Source of the DNA: Eledone cirrhosa
Lineage: Eukaryota
Length of the DNA: 64,000 nucleotides
Direction of reading: 5' to 3'
Assembly: GCA_964016885.1 (NCBI GenBank)
Contig: OZ024740.1
Location: 250,294,001 to 250,358,000 of the forward strand
Made by a program: the position numbers and the translations under genes. Below, piece after piece: positions 22,489-36,439 of the stretch; position 1 is the stretch's first letter, and each line of letters starts with the position of its first letter. Below the pieces are notes generated by a model. That model was not told the DNA's origin. It saw nothing but the letters and a program-made list of their open reading frames with translations, and ran no database searches.

Positions 22489-25400
22489 CCTACAGAGTGG
22501 GCTAGCCTCCTTCATGTCAATATAGTGTTTCACCTACTTTGTTTTGAGGACTTCCTTCTGTGCAGCCAATAGCATTCCCTCTGTAGCTTTTTTAAGGTCT
22601 CCTCTTTCGAACCAGCTCGATGTCTGTGGATCTCTGAATTCCGTTTTCGTAAAAAAGGTGCTATGAAGGGATTTTTCATAAAGGTTGCTCTTCCTCTTTG
22701 TTGTTACTTCCTCCTTGGACATCCTCTGGTCTTTTGTCTTCTCCTTCAGTACATCTTTGAGCATTGGCTCCCTACTCTCAGACACATATTTGTGCAGACC
22801 GCTCTTCTCCATATGAACAGAGGTCTCTTGTGGAACATGCTGTAGATAGTCATTAACTTCCTAGTCTTTCTATCCATTTCTTTTTGTTCATTAACTTTCC
22901 ATTTCAGAATTCCCGCTCTGTACCTAATAATAGACACAGCTCGGGAATTATGACATTCCTACTATTTAGATATGATTTTAATATCTTACTCTCCTTATTT
23001 ATTCAAATCTTATCAATTCCTTCATTTTATTGTTCTTGATGGCTGCCTCCAAAACACCCAAGTATTTGTATCCCTCTTCAGTGTCGATTTCCTTTATCAT
23101 CTCACCTGTTGGTACCAGGATTCCGTTGCTTCTGTTCAATTTACCCCTCTTCATCACTAGGACTCCAAACTTATTAACACCAAATTCCATACATATATCA
23201 TTGCTGAAAATACGGACAGTGTTAACAAGTACATCCAACTCCTCGCTTTTCCCAAAGAGTTTTAGATCTTCCATGAAGAGGAAGTGGTTGATGGTAAGCT
23301 CTTCTCTTCCTAGCTTGTATCCTGCTTTCACTTTTCGCAATATCAAGGTAGGGTATGAGGGTAAGGACAAACAACAAAGGAGACAAACTATCTCTGGAAG
23401 ATGCCTCTCTCGATCTTCATGCTTCCCAAGGATTCTCCACCTGATGTTACCTCTGTTTCCTAGGACTTCATACTTCTACTTAATAGCTGTCTGATGTTGT
23501 CTGCCACCTTAAAGATGTCTAGGCTTTTGGTTAACCAAGAATGAGGAACCATGTCGAATGCCTTCTTGTAATCTATCCATCCCATGACAAGACCAGTATG
23601 CCTCCTCTTGAAATTCCTTATTACCATCTTGTAAATAAGTAACTGGTCTTTTGTACCACGGGACTTCTTTCGATATCCTTTCTGTTCGTTCGGCAATAAG
23701 TTGTTTATGTGGAGGTGATAGTAGATTTCCTCAGACACAATGCTTGTTATCAGTTTCCAGACAGACATGTGATAGTTGATAGGTCTATAGTTGGTAACCT
23801 CATTACCCTTGATTCAGTCTTTCATTACCAGAGTTGTCAACCACTCTGGTACTTCACCCAACAGTAAGCAGTTATTGAACATGGCTGTTAGTTTTCGGTG
23901 GAGAGATGTTATATTTTCTGTTCAATATCCTTGCACACCATCTGGGTCTGGTGATTTCCAGCTGGTTAGTTTATTGGCCTGCTTTTTAAATCTATACTGC
24001 CTGACTATTATGTTCAACATCCTGTTCCCATATTCCTCTCCAACATGCCTTAGTCTGTTCCGCCTCAGGGATCGCGTCGTTACTTCTTTCTTTCCCTTCA
24101 AACCGTTCAAATAACATCTGGTTGTTGTCAAACAATTTTGTCTATACTGACTAACTCTGTTCTCATATAGTTAAATCTTTGCACTTTTTGCTATAATGTG
24201 TTGCTTAAATTCCTCTATCATAACATTTAGCTCTTTTCCCTTCGTATTCTATTTTATTTTCAATCTATCTTTAGTGTCTATGTTTTGTAATGTCATGTTT
24301 AGTTAAAAAAACTCAAGATTTCCAATGTCATTTCTCTTTTCCTTGATTTGACCTTTCAGTTGCTTCTTCCACCAAGGCTCTGTCCTTTCTTGTTTGTTGT
24401 TTCCTCTCACTTTTATACCAAGCAACCTTTTCATCACATTTGCGGTTGCTTTGAAGATGTTGCATTGATGAAGTTTCTTCCCCTAGCCCGTCAGCATTCA
24501 TTTCTCCAATGGCCATATCTTTGTTCCAGATGTTATTTATTTCAACATTCAGGTCATTGTCTGCTTCGGTTGCTTCCTCAGGTCTCTCAACCTCTTCACC
24601 CTCATTTCCTACTGGCTCATTTGCCTGATATACACCACTCTCCAGTTCCAACTTAATCTCTCTGCTCAGTTTTCCAGTTCCAACTCGCTTATCCATCCAT
24701 TAGTTCTTATTCCACGAGCCTGACCCGCTAATTTTTATTCACCTAATTTAAATAGACCAACCTCATTCCAGATTTTATGCATCCGTTTCCTATAGACTTT
24801 TTTCATGGGATCACTTTTCAGATAGCATTTCATTACAGTTTTATTCAATTCTTTCGTCTAGTTGGTTCTTGCCTCATTCCTTCTTCTTGATAACAGGCGG
24901 GTCCCTGCTGCTGGGCAGTGGTGCACTTGCTCGGTGAGATCTTTCACTTGAAGTTTCATTTGAACTACTGTATATACTCGCGTATAGGTCGCACTTTTTT
25001 AACGATAAATAAGCATAAATTTTTGGGGTGTGACCTATCCGATCGACATCAGACTGACCAATGATTTTTCATAGACTTAATCAACGATGGGTATTTATAA
25101 AAATAACTTTGTTAATATTTTTTATTATTTAACATAATAATTTCATATATCTACCTTCTTATACATTGATTTTAAATTTTTTACTAAAACTTCGTAGTGT
25201 TTACGTTTTTTTCTATCTGACCGAACCATCCGTCATTAAAATCCATTGAATGACTATTATAACGAATGCACAGTTACAGATGAAGAAATGAAAAAAACTA
25301 TTTAATTAACAGGTGTAAAAGTAATAACTTTATGGATAAACACAAAAAGTTAAACTTTATCTGTTAGATTTGTTGCAAAAAAATTCAATAATGACCTAGA

Positions 25401-26285
25401 TGTTGACTTCCATCAATTCTAGCAGTTTTCCGAACAGGTGAATTAATTAAAAATACAGATATAATCAGTACAAGGTTTTAGTCTTTCTCTACATTCCAGG
25501 CAAATATTTTCATTGAAAAAAATGTATAAAACCTTTTCACCAGTCAAAATAATATTTGCAATGTACTCTTACACAATGTACAGTGTAAATTTACGTAACA
25601 GAATGTTCCCAATATATAAGTTCATTAACAGGTGTGAACATGTATTGGTGTTGTATCTTTCAACCACGTTGCTGTAATATTTTCAATGGTATCCGTCAGA
25701 TCTTCGCTTTCACTTTCAAAGTAACTATCATCGTCAGAAATAAATATGTCTGATTCATTTGAAGATAAATCACTAATATTATCTTGTGTTTCTTTTTCAT
25801 TTCGTCGCATGTAAAACCTTCAAAGTCGGTATTTGCTACTTTGGGAAGCCATGTTGATACGCTAAAAATCTGTTATACTTTCAACGTTAAAAAACATGTT
25901 ATTTCAAGTTGTTTCACTATATTAAGAGATAATTTTCGCGTTTAAAGTAATCTCGAATTGACGAGATTTCGATGACGTTAATGTTTATTTTATAAATAAA
26001 ACATGGTTTGGAGTATATATCGCAACGGTGAAGTCATGGAAAGCTAACAGATTATTAGTTTCAATTATCATAAAAAATAGTAGTTTGACGGCCCAAATTT
26101 CAGTGCGACCTATCTGCGAGTCAATGGCAAATAGGCTATTTGTTAAATAAAAAGTGGGTATGCGACCTATCTGTCGGGGCGACCTATACGCGAGTATATA
26201 CGGTATTTATATTCAACATTTGAACACTCATATAGAGGATTGGTGAATTTAAGGTTGCACTAACACCAGTGTTTTAGTTTGACAC
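21809..26285 (-). mobile_element. R4/Dong-like element, near full-length, degraded; 5' region interrupted by a DNA transposon
   Basis: RT and RLE motifs (KSPDPDGVQGY, GTKDQLL, NKPDLV, DVACP); 3' end in (TTA)n at 21768-21808; (CT)n inserted at 22399-22485. Confidence 0.85.
24968..26203. mobile_element. Non-autonomous Tc1/pogo-type DNA transposon
   Basis: TIRs ctgtatatactcgcgtataggtcgc / gcgacctatacgcgagtatatacgg; TA on both sides (24966-67 and 26204-05); subterminal gcgacctat repeats. Confidence 0.85.
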
Positions 26286-26461
26286 CATCAAGTTAACTTT
26301 GCCTTTCATCCTCGATAAAATAAAGTACCAGTAATGCACTGGATAATTGCTGGCCTTGTGCCTAACGTAGAAACAATTATTATTATTATTATTATTGTTA
26401 ATGCATTGGATAATTGCTGGCCTTGTGCCAAAAGTAGAAACAATTATTATTATTATTGTTA

Positions 26462-27670
26462 TTCTTTGAGTCTCAGTCATTGATGTTATTTAACTGAAAA
26501 GTTTGTTGAAATGAATGTCAAGCCACTACCTGCAGCCTCAGATATTCAGGACGTATCGGAAGGTTCTTGCTGTTCCCAGCAAGCATGCCTTTTGAAGTGT
26601 TCCAAAAAGCGGGGCTGGACTAATTTTCTTTAACCATCCTTAGAAACTCTTTGAGATAGTACCTAGTGCGCCTATGACAATCTGGACGACTCTGACTTCA
26701 TGGCAGTTCCAAATCCTTTTTACCTCCCACTTTAAGTCCTGGTATCTGTTAATTTTCTCTCTCTCCTTTTCTTGCACTCTCGTGTCGAATGGGCAGGCTA
26801 CATCTACAATCAGGCACGATCTTTTTTCTTTGCCCACAACCACCAGGTCAGGTCTATTGTGTTCCTGTTTCTTATCCGTCTGTATCCTAAAATCCCATAG
26901 CACCTTCACCTGATCGTTTTCTATCACCGACTCTGGCTTATCTCAGAATGTGGTAAATTGTTTACTTTGCATAGGTGCCAGTGGATCACCCTGCCTATCA
27001 CATCATTTCTCCAGCCTTTATAGTGAGTCTGGGCTAGGTGTTTACACTCGAATACAATGTGATCCACAGTCTCCTCTCTCTCTCCACAGATCCTACACAG
27101 CATTCAGATCATTGTCTGCTTCGGATGCTTCGTCAGGTCTCTCAACCTCTTTACCTTCATTTCCTACTGGCTCGTTTGCCTGACATACTCCACTCTCCAT
27201 TTCCAACCTAATCTCTCTGCTCAGTTCCTCCAGTTCCAACTCGGTTATCCATCCATTAGTTCTTATTACCCGAGCCTGCCCGGCCAATTTTTGTTCATCT
27301 AATTTAAATAGACCAATCTCGTTCCAGATGTTATGCATCCGTTTCCTATAGCCTTTTTCCTTGGGGTTACTCTTCAGGTAACATTCCAAGACAGTTCTAT
27401 TCAATTCTTTCGTCCAGTTGGTTCTAGTTTCTTTCCTTCTTCTTCTTCCTCCAACACCAGCAGTATTTGGATGACAGCCAGGTCCCTGCTGCCGGGCCAG
27501 GGAGCACTTGCTCGGTGAGAGTCTGTCACATGACGTTCCAGTCTCCTCCACCGTTATTCGAACTGTTTAGGTTCGACATTTAAACACTCATATCGAGGAT
27601 TTGTGAATATATGGTTACATAACCACCGGTGATTTCATCACCCCCGGTGATTTTAGCGTGGCACCATCCC
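26462..27670 (-). mobile_element. Internally deleted R4/Dong-like element (N-terminal region joined to the RLE end)
   Basis: ORF 27093..27551 (WTKELN...GYRKRMHNIW...EQKLAGQAR) directly precedes the zinc-finger/RLE region (HNRPDLV, DVACP). Confidence 0.8.
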
Positions 27671-29074
27671 GCTGTAGACGAACATAGATAAATAAACAAA
27701 TAAATAGATAAGAACTTAAAAAAAATAAACATAAGTTTCATTGTAATGTTTGAATGTCTGACTTAGTTTTTTTTTTTTTTTTTTTTTCCCTTAACTTTTT
27801 CCATTTTTCAAGGCCAGTAACATCGGTTACTAGTGTTGTTGTTGCTGCTGCTGTTTTTGATTTTAGCTACGAGGAAAGTAGGGGTTGTTGCGTTCAAAAC
27901 TTTTGAAATTTGTTTTTGTTGTTGCATTTGTTTTTGTCTGTGTTCTGTTCTATAATTTTTCGACTTGTTTCTTATCACTATTATTATATTATAGTTCAAA
28001 TCCCGCCGAGGTTGACTTTGCCTTTCATCCTTACGGGTCGATAAAATAAAGTACCAGTAATGCACTGGGTGATTGCTGGCCTTGTGCCAAAGTAGAAACA
28101 ATTATTATATTATAGTTATTACGGCCCTTGCCATTCTGAGTTCAAATCCCGCCGAGGTTAACTTTGCCTTTCATCCTTACGGGGTCGATAAAATAAAGTA
28201 CCAGTAATGCACTGGGTATTTGCTGGCCTTGTGCCTAACGTAGAAACAATTATTATATTATAGTTTAGATTTGACATCGTTTAAACTAAACATTTTGAGA
28301 GAGTTTAGAGATACAACAGCAATAATTATTTTGGTGTTGTTGTTGTTAGCTGTTTGACCGGGTCGCTAAATCAGTCTATTTATCTTTTGATGCCTTCCTC
28401 GCTTCTATTCATGTGTAGTGGCACTACTACCATTCCTCTCTTAACAGGAGGTAGTGAGGGAATAGTGGTGGTAGCGATGATGCGGTGGTGATGGGATAGT
28501 AGTACTATAGTAATGGTGTTGCTGCAGCCATTAGTTTGTATTTGGCTAGATTTTTTGTGGTAGTGATGATGGTGGCGGCGACGGTGGTCGTGTTGGTGGT
28601 GAAATTATTTGGCTGTTGTTTGTAACCATTTTCTTTTTTCACTATAACATTTCTGATACAAAATTAAATATTAAATATGGGAACCCTATGACATAATGTG
28701 ATACGTTGTCACTTCCTGAGAGTTAAGACTGGTATCTTATGTTCCATTTGTAATAAGAATTATTCTATCACAATTGTTTTAAATATGTAAAAAATCAAAA
28801 ACTTACGGGAGCGATTCCATAACACTCTATCCACCATGTGCGTAACTTCCCAAATGTTGTTGTTATTATTGTTGTTGTTGTTGGTGTTGTTGTTGTTATA
28901 TTGGCAGTAGAGCGTCAGACACCATGCTTTGCAGCATAGAGATATAGCCCTTTACGTTCTGAGTTCAAATCTCGCCGAGGTTAACTTTGCCTTTCATCCT
29001 TACTGGATCAATAAAATAAGGCACTGGGATAATTGCTGGCCTTGTGCCAAAAGTAGAAACAATTATTATTATTT

Positions 29075-29930
29075 TCTGTATTATATTGTTTCTACAAGAT
29101 CTAGTATTTGTTACTTTTTTACTATTTAATCTGAAGGAGTTTATTTTCTTTTTATTATTCATTGCTATATCATCAGTCATACTTGGGGTTATCGAGAAAG
29201 ATAATTTCATATTATTTCTATTTATTACTCTATAATATCTGTGTTCTTTTTCATTATACCAACGAATATCTTAGGTATATTGGATGTAACTTGAATTCCG
29301 GATGGAGGATTATACCAGATGCCTTTTTTCCTTCTTAATTTCTGCCTTGTACGTGGATTGGCAGTATTGGTAGCAGATCGAACATCTTGCTTTGCAGCAT
29401 AGTTACGGCCCTTTACTGTCTGAGTTCAAATCCCCCGAGGTTAACTTTGCCTTTCATCCTTACGGGGTCGATAAAATAAAGCACCATTAATGCAATGGGG
29501 TCGATTTAATCATCTTTCCCCTCATGTCTTTTTTTAACATTTTAAAAACCCACACACATTCACAAACACTGTCTTCGTCCTGTACTGTCATAATGTTTTT
29601 TATGTAAACCCTTTGTGGTTAATAAAGAAATCCTTATTATTATTAGTCTGTTTGAGATATTGCTTACTATTGCTTTCTAAATAGATTTAGGGTGGTTAGA
29701 ATGCTTATGTATATGATACAAAAGCTCACCAGGTTTATGGTAAGGTTGGAAGCTATGATTATTTAAGTCTAGACTAACATCATTATCATTTTCAATAATA
29801 ACACTTAAATCATATTCGTTTAAAAATTTGTGTATATGTATTCTTACTCTTTCTAAAGCTGAATTGGTGTATTTTTTCAAAAGTAAATACAGCATCATCT
29901 CGATATAATCTTCCCCCATTATCAGGGAAC
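29075..29930 (-). pseudogene. Third Penelope/Naiad-like fragment (RT thumb and linker), interrupted by a SINE
   Basis: FQPYHKPG...SNHPKSI (29677..29919); GIWYNPPSGIQVTSNIPKIF (~29265-29325); KLSFSITP. Confidence 0.75.
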
Positions 29931-30039
29931 TTAGCTTTTAGTTTATCTCAGGGAACTTAGCTTTTACGTATCAAACGTATCAAATACAAGTTCGAATCCA
30001 TGTTACATCCAGCAACACGTATTTTTTTCCTTTCGATCT

Positions 30040-32860
30040 CTCTATTTTTTCATTTTAATAATAAATTCGTCCTTTTCTGTCTTAATTTTTATTTCCTTCA
30101 ATGTGACGGGTAATTCTGGCACAGTGTTGCAAAGTATATTTTTTATTTCGTTATTGGCTCTTAAAGCCGCGATCACTATATCTTCTAGTGGTTCACTGTA
30201 TTTTGGTATTAATCTCGACAAGCCATCTGCATGTCCAAATATTTTAGATGGCAAATACTCCATCTTGAAGTCATAATCCAGTAGGATCGTTTCCCAACAC
30301 TGCAATCTGTTGGCTGTATGAGTGGGAATACCCTTTTTTTTAACCATATATCAACAATAATGGGCGGTGGTCTGTTTGTAAGTGGAATTTTCCTCCATGT
30401 ATGAATTTATGGAATTTTTTTACTGCAAATATGATATGCTTCCTTCTCTATCTTACTGTAATTTTTTCAGACGGCATGAGCTACAGTTTTTAAACTTCCA
30501 TCTTCATAGTTGTGTAAAATGACAGCACCTATACCACTGTCACTCGCGTCTGATGCCACCACAATTTTTAATTTTGGGTCAAAATGTGATAATGACAAAT
30601 CCGAAGTTAGGATACTTTTAATTTTCTCAAAAGCTTTTTGCCACTTTTCCGACCAGTTCCATTTAACATTTTTTTAACAAGTTATATAGAGCTTCTCTCA
30701 AATCATGCATATTTGGTATGTATATCTGTAATTTGCGAGCCCTAAAAATGCTTATAACGTTTTAATGTTTGTTGGGCAGGCATATTTTTTATTACATTTG
30801 ACCTTGATGGGTCTGGGCTTCATCCGTTTTCGTCGATAATTTGCCCCAGATATTTTATTCTTGGCATAAAAAATTCACATTTTTCATCGCTGAGTGTAAA
30901 ACCATATTCTTTAATTTTTTCAAAGACCTTTTTAACATGCTCAGCATGCTGACCTCAGGATTCACTTTTTATGAGTATATGATCGAGGTAAGCCATTGCG
31001 AAATCTGAATCTGCGAGCATAGTGTTCATAATTTATTGAAAAATAGCTGATGCTACCTTTATACCAAAAGGGAGGCAATTAAATTTTTACAATCCTTTGT
31101 GTGTGTTGATCGCTAATAACCTGAAGATATGCCTCGGATAGGTCCAACTTTGAAAACAATTTTCCTCCATTTAATTTTGCGAAAATTTCTTCCGCCCATG
31201 GTAACCGGTAATTATATGACATCAAGCAGTCATTTAAAGCTGTTGAAAAATCAGCACATACGCGGATTTTTTTTTCCTTGACATAAACTATTGGAGATGC
31301 CCATTCAGCATAATCAATTTTTTCAATAACCCCTTAGCTTTTCAAGTCTATCCAGTTCTTCATTAACTTGTTTCAACACTGCGAAAGCTACACTCCATTT
31401 TGGTTTTAACACCAGTATAGCATATTCCTTTACTCGAAATTTTGCCTTTTGTTTTGGTGCAAAGTCCTAATTTTTCAGAAAAAACTTTGGGGAAAACCCT
31501 TTTTTAATTCTTTTTTTTTTTTTTCAATGCCTTATTTGTGGTGGAGGAAAAAACATTCACATTTTTACAAAAAAAGTTTATGGGAGGTTCCATAAATCAA
31601 ATGATTCCATCCAGTCTGTTCCAAATCAATTTGTTGTGTTTTTGAGCACAAAAACCTTCGCTTTTAAGGTTTTATCACGAAACGAAACATCATTTGTCAT
31701 TTCGCCTTTAAAATGCAACTTTTTTCCTGAGACACCACATGTGCTTTTTTTAAGTTACTTTTAACCTGGGCTTCCCGATTTTTCTCCATGTTTCCTCGTT
31801 AATTATTGTGATATCACTGCCCATATACAATTGTAACTTAACATTCACGTTATTTATTTTCATGAACAAATTTTCTTTTCTGAGCCTCGCTTAGATTTTT
31901 TGTTGATATGACCTCGTTGACAGAATTTTTACCGTTTGACCTTTTTTCTTTTGTTTCTCTCTACAATGCAAGATTTTATGTCCAGCTTTTCCATACTCAT
32001 AACATTTCAAATTTTTGTAAGGACACTCAATTTTAAAATGTAAGCTCCTGCACCCATAACAGGGATTGGGTCTTGACAATTGTTGTTTTTCTTTTTTCTT
32101 ATCCGTTCTAGGTTGAACCGAATGGATTTGTGAACAATCTCTTTCTCAATTTTTTTTTGTATCATGCCTTAAGTCTACAATCCTCTGGCATTCTTCTGCC
32201 ACTGCTTGCAGTGTTAATTTTTGGTCTTGTTCTAACTTTGTTAATATCCGGGAACATTTTTCTGCATCTTTGTTAGCAGTCAGCCCTTGTACAAAAATTA
32301 GACATTTTAACATGTCCGGGGTTAATTCATTTAATTTGAACATTTCACATTCTCTATCTACAATCTCAGCATAGGTAATGAAATTTTCATCTTTTTTCAC
32401 CAAATTTAAACACTGCCAGCAAGTATTGCCCAGTAAACTTCTTTCACTGAAAATTTTCGGTAAAATTTGTTTCATCAAAGGAAATCTCACCTGGTTTCTT
32501 TGGCAGAATAAAATTACAATACTTTTCATATTTGGCAGGGGATAGCTTCCTTAATAGTAGTTGTACTTTCTTTTTGTCATTCCAACTGTGACATTCTTCC
32601 TTGAAGATTTCTTCATATCTTCTGAAGTATGCTGCGAAGGTAACGCCTTCTTCTGGTTTGTACACAAATTCTCCAATTGAGTTGCCACGGCAAACCTGAA
32701 GTGCTTTCTGACCTTTTTAACATTAATTCTAGCATTTGTTTCTGTTGTTGTAGTTGTAACTGCACCATGTGGGCTAACAATTCCTCTATGCTAAGGATTT
32801 TTTTTTTCGTGCCAAAATAATCCACGGACCAGTGCAATCTTCGAATACCTCGTCGCCACT
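30040..32860 (-). mobile_element. Ty3/Gypsy (Mag-like) LTR retrotransposon internal region, degraded
   Basis: PBS-like TGGCGACGAG at 32849-32858; gag F..YF.RYE and FVQGL; two degenerate zinc knuckles; RT remnants; RNase H end RLQCW...GHADGLSRL. Confidence 0.85.
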
Positions 32861-32896
32861 TTTATGGCTTTTTAGGCTGGTTATATTTTCTACAGT

Positions 32897-32927
<31 letters not shown>

Positions 32928-33099
32928 GGTACTAACAATTTTACCTCTGGCATACTAAATGTGAGACTTTCAAACAAGACTCCAACCGAATTCCAGACAA
33001 CGAGACATGTTGCTTATTTATAATAGTTCACAGAGTCCATTTCTTTAATCCTAAAGGGGTGTTCACCACAACAGTCTCCCACTGCTGCATTGGCTACTT

Positions 33100-33750
33100 A
33101 GGTAACAAAAATTGTCAAGAACTTCACGAGAGATCCCCCAGGTTATTTCACCTATCTTTTCTATTAACCTACCTGAAATTTTACTATATCTTTTGTGCAT
33201 TCATAGATTACACTACCCACCTGTTTTTGATATTTTGAATGAGGCCATTTTCTTGACAGTATCAGTATCCTGTTTTCTTTCCTACATATCAGGACTTTAG
33301 TCTTTGCTAAGTTTACTTTAGGCCTTTTGGTTCTGGTTTTCCTTTCAAGCATGGACTTACACCTCTAACTCTTCCACTGATTTAGCTATAAGATTAGATC
33401 ATCGGTATGCAAGATTGTTCACGTGGTGTCAGTCTTATGTTATAGCATGGAGAACTCTTCAAATGCAACACTGTTCTCATTGCCAACTCTCATCTTGATG
33501 GTTGCACCTCTATACATGGCTTGCATGGCCCTCACAAACCATTTGTCTATACCTAGCTTCCTAAGTGCCTATCAGATTACAGAGTGGGTGACTCTATCAA
33601 AGGCCTTCTCCAGATCCTCAAATGCCTAATACAGAGGTTGACTCTTAGTTAAGTTATTTTCCTGCAATTGTCTCACAAGAGAGCATCAGTAGTGCTCCTA
33701 CCTGGTATAAAACTGAATTGCAACTAATTTAAATTGGTTCTTTTCCTAGT
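33100..33750 (-). mobile_element. RTE LINE RT fragment, highly degraded
   Basis: Nucleotide similarity to 43500-44010 (DLEKAFDRV, VNLAKTKVL remnants). Confidence 0.75.
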
Positions 33751-33873
33751 ATATATATATATATATATTTGTATTGGTGCTCTGAAATAGCAATATTTGT
33801 TTGAATGTATAATAGCGAAAGCCTTCAAAATGTTTTTAAATAAACATACAGTATATTGTTAGATATACAAGAC

Positions 33874-33963
<90 letters not shown>

Positions 33964-34060
33964 ATGTGTGTGTGTGTGTGTGTGTACACATATATAGATA
34001 ATATATATATGTATGCATGTATGTATGTATGTGTATATATATATATGTGTGTGTGTATGA
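33874..34060. repeat. (TA)n/(TG)n microsatellite
   Basis: Directly visible. Confidence 0.95.
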
Positions 34061-35699
34061 GGGTGTCTGTTTTTTGTTCACTCTGATAGAGATACTGTGA
34101 AGTCATGTTTTTCTGTTCAATTGTCAATGGTATTTGCTTTCTTTTCAGAGACATAACAGCAACAAACTCACTTACTTGTAACAGGTAACATGCTCAAAAC
34201 GAATTCATGGAGTAATGAAGACACCATTACTTTTGCTATGCCTTTAAATCTTTCAGTGTGTTAATCATTTTATGTGTTAATATCATTTTGACACTGGTTA
34301 AAGTGACCAATGAATACCAAACTAATGGACTAATTGACATGTAATACTTTTGATAACTATAAACAAAAATCGAGTTTGTTGTACTTTAATACAAACAACA
34401 TCAATAGAAAATAAACAAACAAAACTTTTTACTTACATCACCTTTCCTATGGTAAATTAATCCTAAAGTCCAAAGCTTTCTTTTATATTATCATAATCTT
34501 ATAATCCATTGGATCAACTATTTTTCCTGGCCTTCATATGCTTGTAGGAAATGTTTAAATACCTGCAAGAAGAAAAATAAGCAAATGACTTTATGCCAGT
34601 AATGTTTTAGCAAGGATTTAGTTGAAGTGTTACATGACATAACTAAGATTGGTCTCTACTGTCAACAGATAGCATGATATAAATTTAGTAAATTTAGTAC
34701 ATGTAAATATATTTAAGTCTGGCTGTGAAGGAAAATTTTAGGTGCTTTTTATAATTGGTATGACATAAATGGTATCACTTAAAAATCCCTTTAACATTTT
34801 TAAATTTAAATTATCATATTTATTGTTTATATGCACTTTTTTTGCATAAAAAACATGATCATGTGGTTTCCACATGTGTGCTTTTATGGCCTACACCAAT
34901 AAAGTCTTTTGTTTAGAACATGTGAACATTTTAATGCATTTAAATCTTATTAAACTTTCCAATTGTGGGTTGGTGAGGCTATTTAACCCATAGTTGGGGT
35001 GGATGGCTGTTGACTCTGAGGAGTTTATCCAGCCTTTTAACAGCTCATGTTTCTTTGTGCTGTTGGAGTTCCACTTACCCTCCTTACCACTCCAGGATTT
35101 AGTGGAGGAGCCAGTTTAGTCACCAACCACTCGACCATGAAGCAGGTTGTTCTGGACTACATGGTACTAGTAGCAGGCAGAGGCCTGAACTGACATGTAA
35201 ACACTTTAAAATATAAAGTTTTGAATCATAGAAGCAGGAGTGGATATGAGCAATTTTATGACAAAAAGGTTATATAATATGCTGTCTGGAATTTTTCTGT
35301 AAATTTATTGTCAAGCATGTATTATTGTCTGAAACTGCACAATATTCTATAAGATGTTTACACCTAAATGACAGGCCTCAAATATTATCAAACTAATGAA
35401 AGTCTAATAGTGTTTGAAACTATAGTCCTCTTGTTATAAAACATGTTTTCATATGCATTTAACAACCAAATTCTTTTACACTTATTAATTAATATACTGT
35501 GTGCTACTTTTTGTAATATGTGCATACATAGAAACATACTTAATGACAAGGTGTTATATGTATAATGTTTACTTTTTTTATCTACATATAAACCCTATTG
35601 ATGTATTAGCCTGAGTATTTTACTGGTACTTATTAAATCAACTCTGGTATTAATAAAGACTGTGATCTGAATTTGAAACAATGAGAGTCAGAAAAAGAA

Positions 35700-36345
35700 A
35701 CTGTCATCTCCACCGGTCCTTCGTCATCTCCACCGTGAGCTTCAGCAATCTGAGGCCTGTTCTCACCACCTCCACCCATGTATTTTGTGGTCTACCTCTA
35801 CCACGTCTTCCTTCAACTGGCATTTACTGGCACTTCTTCACCCATCGGTCATCCCCATGCGCATCACATGTCCATACCACTTCAGTCTCCTCTCTCGCAC
35901 ACTACATTCTATCCCTCTCAGACACAGTTTCTCTCTTAAGACATTGACATTGCACATCCAATGGAGCAATCTTGCCTCATTTCTCTCCAGCCATCGCATA
36001 TCCTCTGCAGCTGCTACCCATGTCTCACTACCATGCAGCATCGCGCTTCTCACACAGGCATCATATAACTGGTCTTCCCATCGCAGAACATTGGCAAACC
36101 TCCTACTCTCAGCCTCCCTGCATGCTAAGTATACCTGACGTCTAGCTTCTCTCTTAGTGGCTGTATATCCTTCTCTACTCCCACCCTTTTTCCAAGCCTT
36201 CCATGCTAGTCTTTTGTCTCTAATGGCCTTATCTACTGTGCTGTTCCACCACCAGGTCACTCTCTGTCTGGTTGAAGCTCTGCTCCAGCCACAAGCTTCA
36301 TCAGTAGCCTGTAGTAAGTTGTCACGTAAGAAATTCCAAGAAATT
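35700..36345 (-). mobile_element. Internally deleted RTE fragment, same family as 9975-12830
   Basis: WWWNSTVDKAIRDK fused to LYDACVRSAMLHGSETW...RRLKWYGHV. Confidence 0.85.
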
Positions 36346-36439
36346 CCAAGAAATGAAAATAAACACACAGGCACACACACAAACACACAAGCACATAAAC
36401 ACACACACAAACACATACACCCATAGATATCATCACCAT

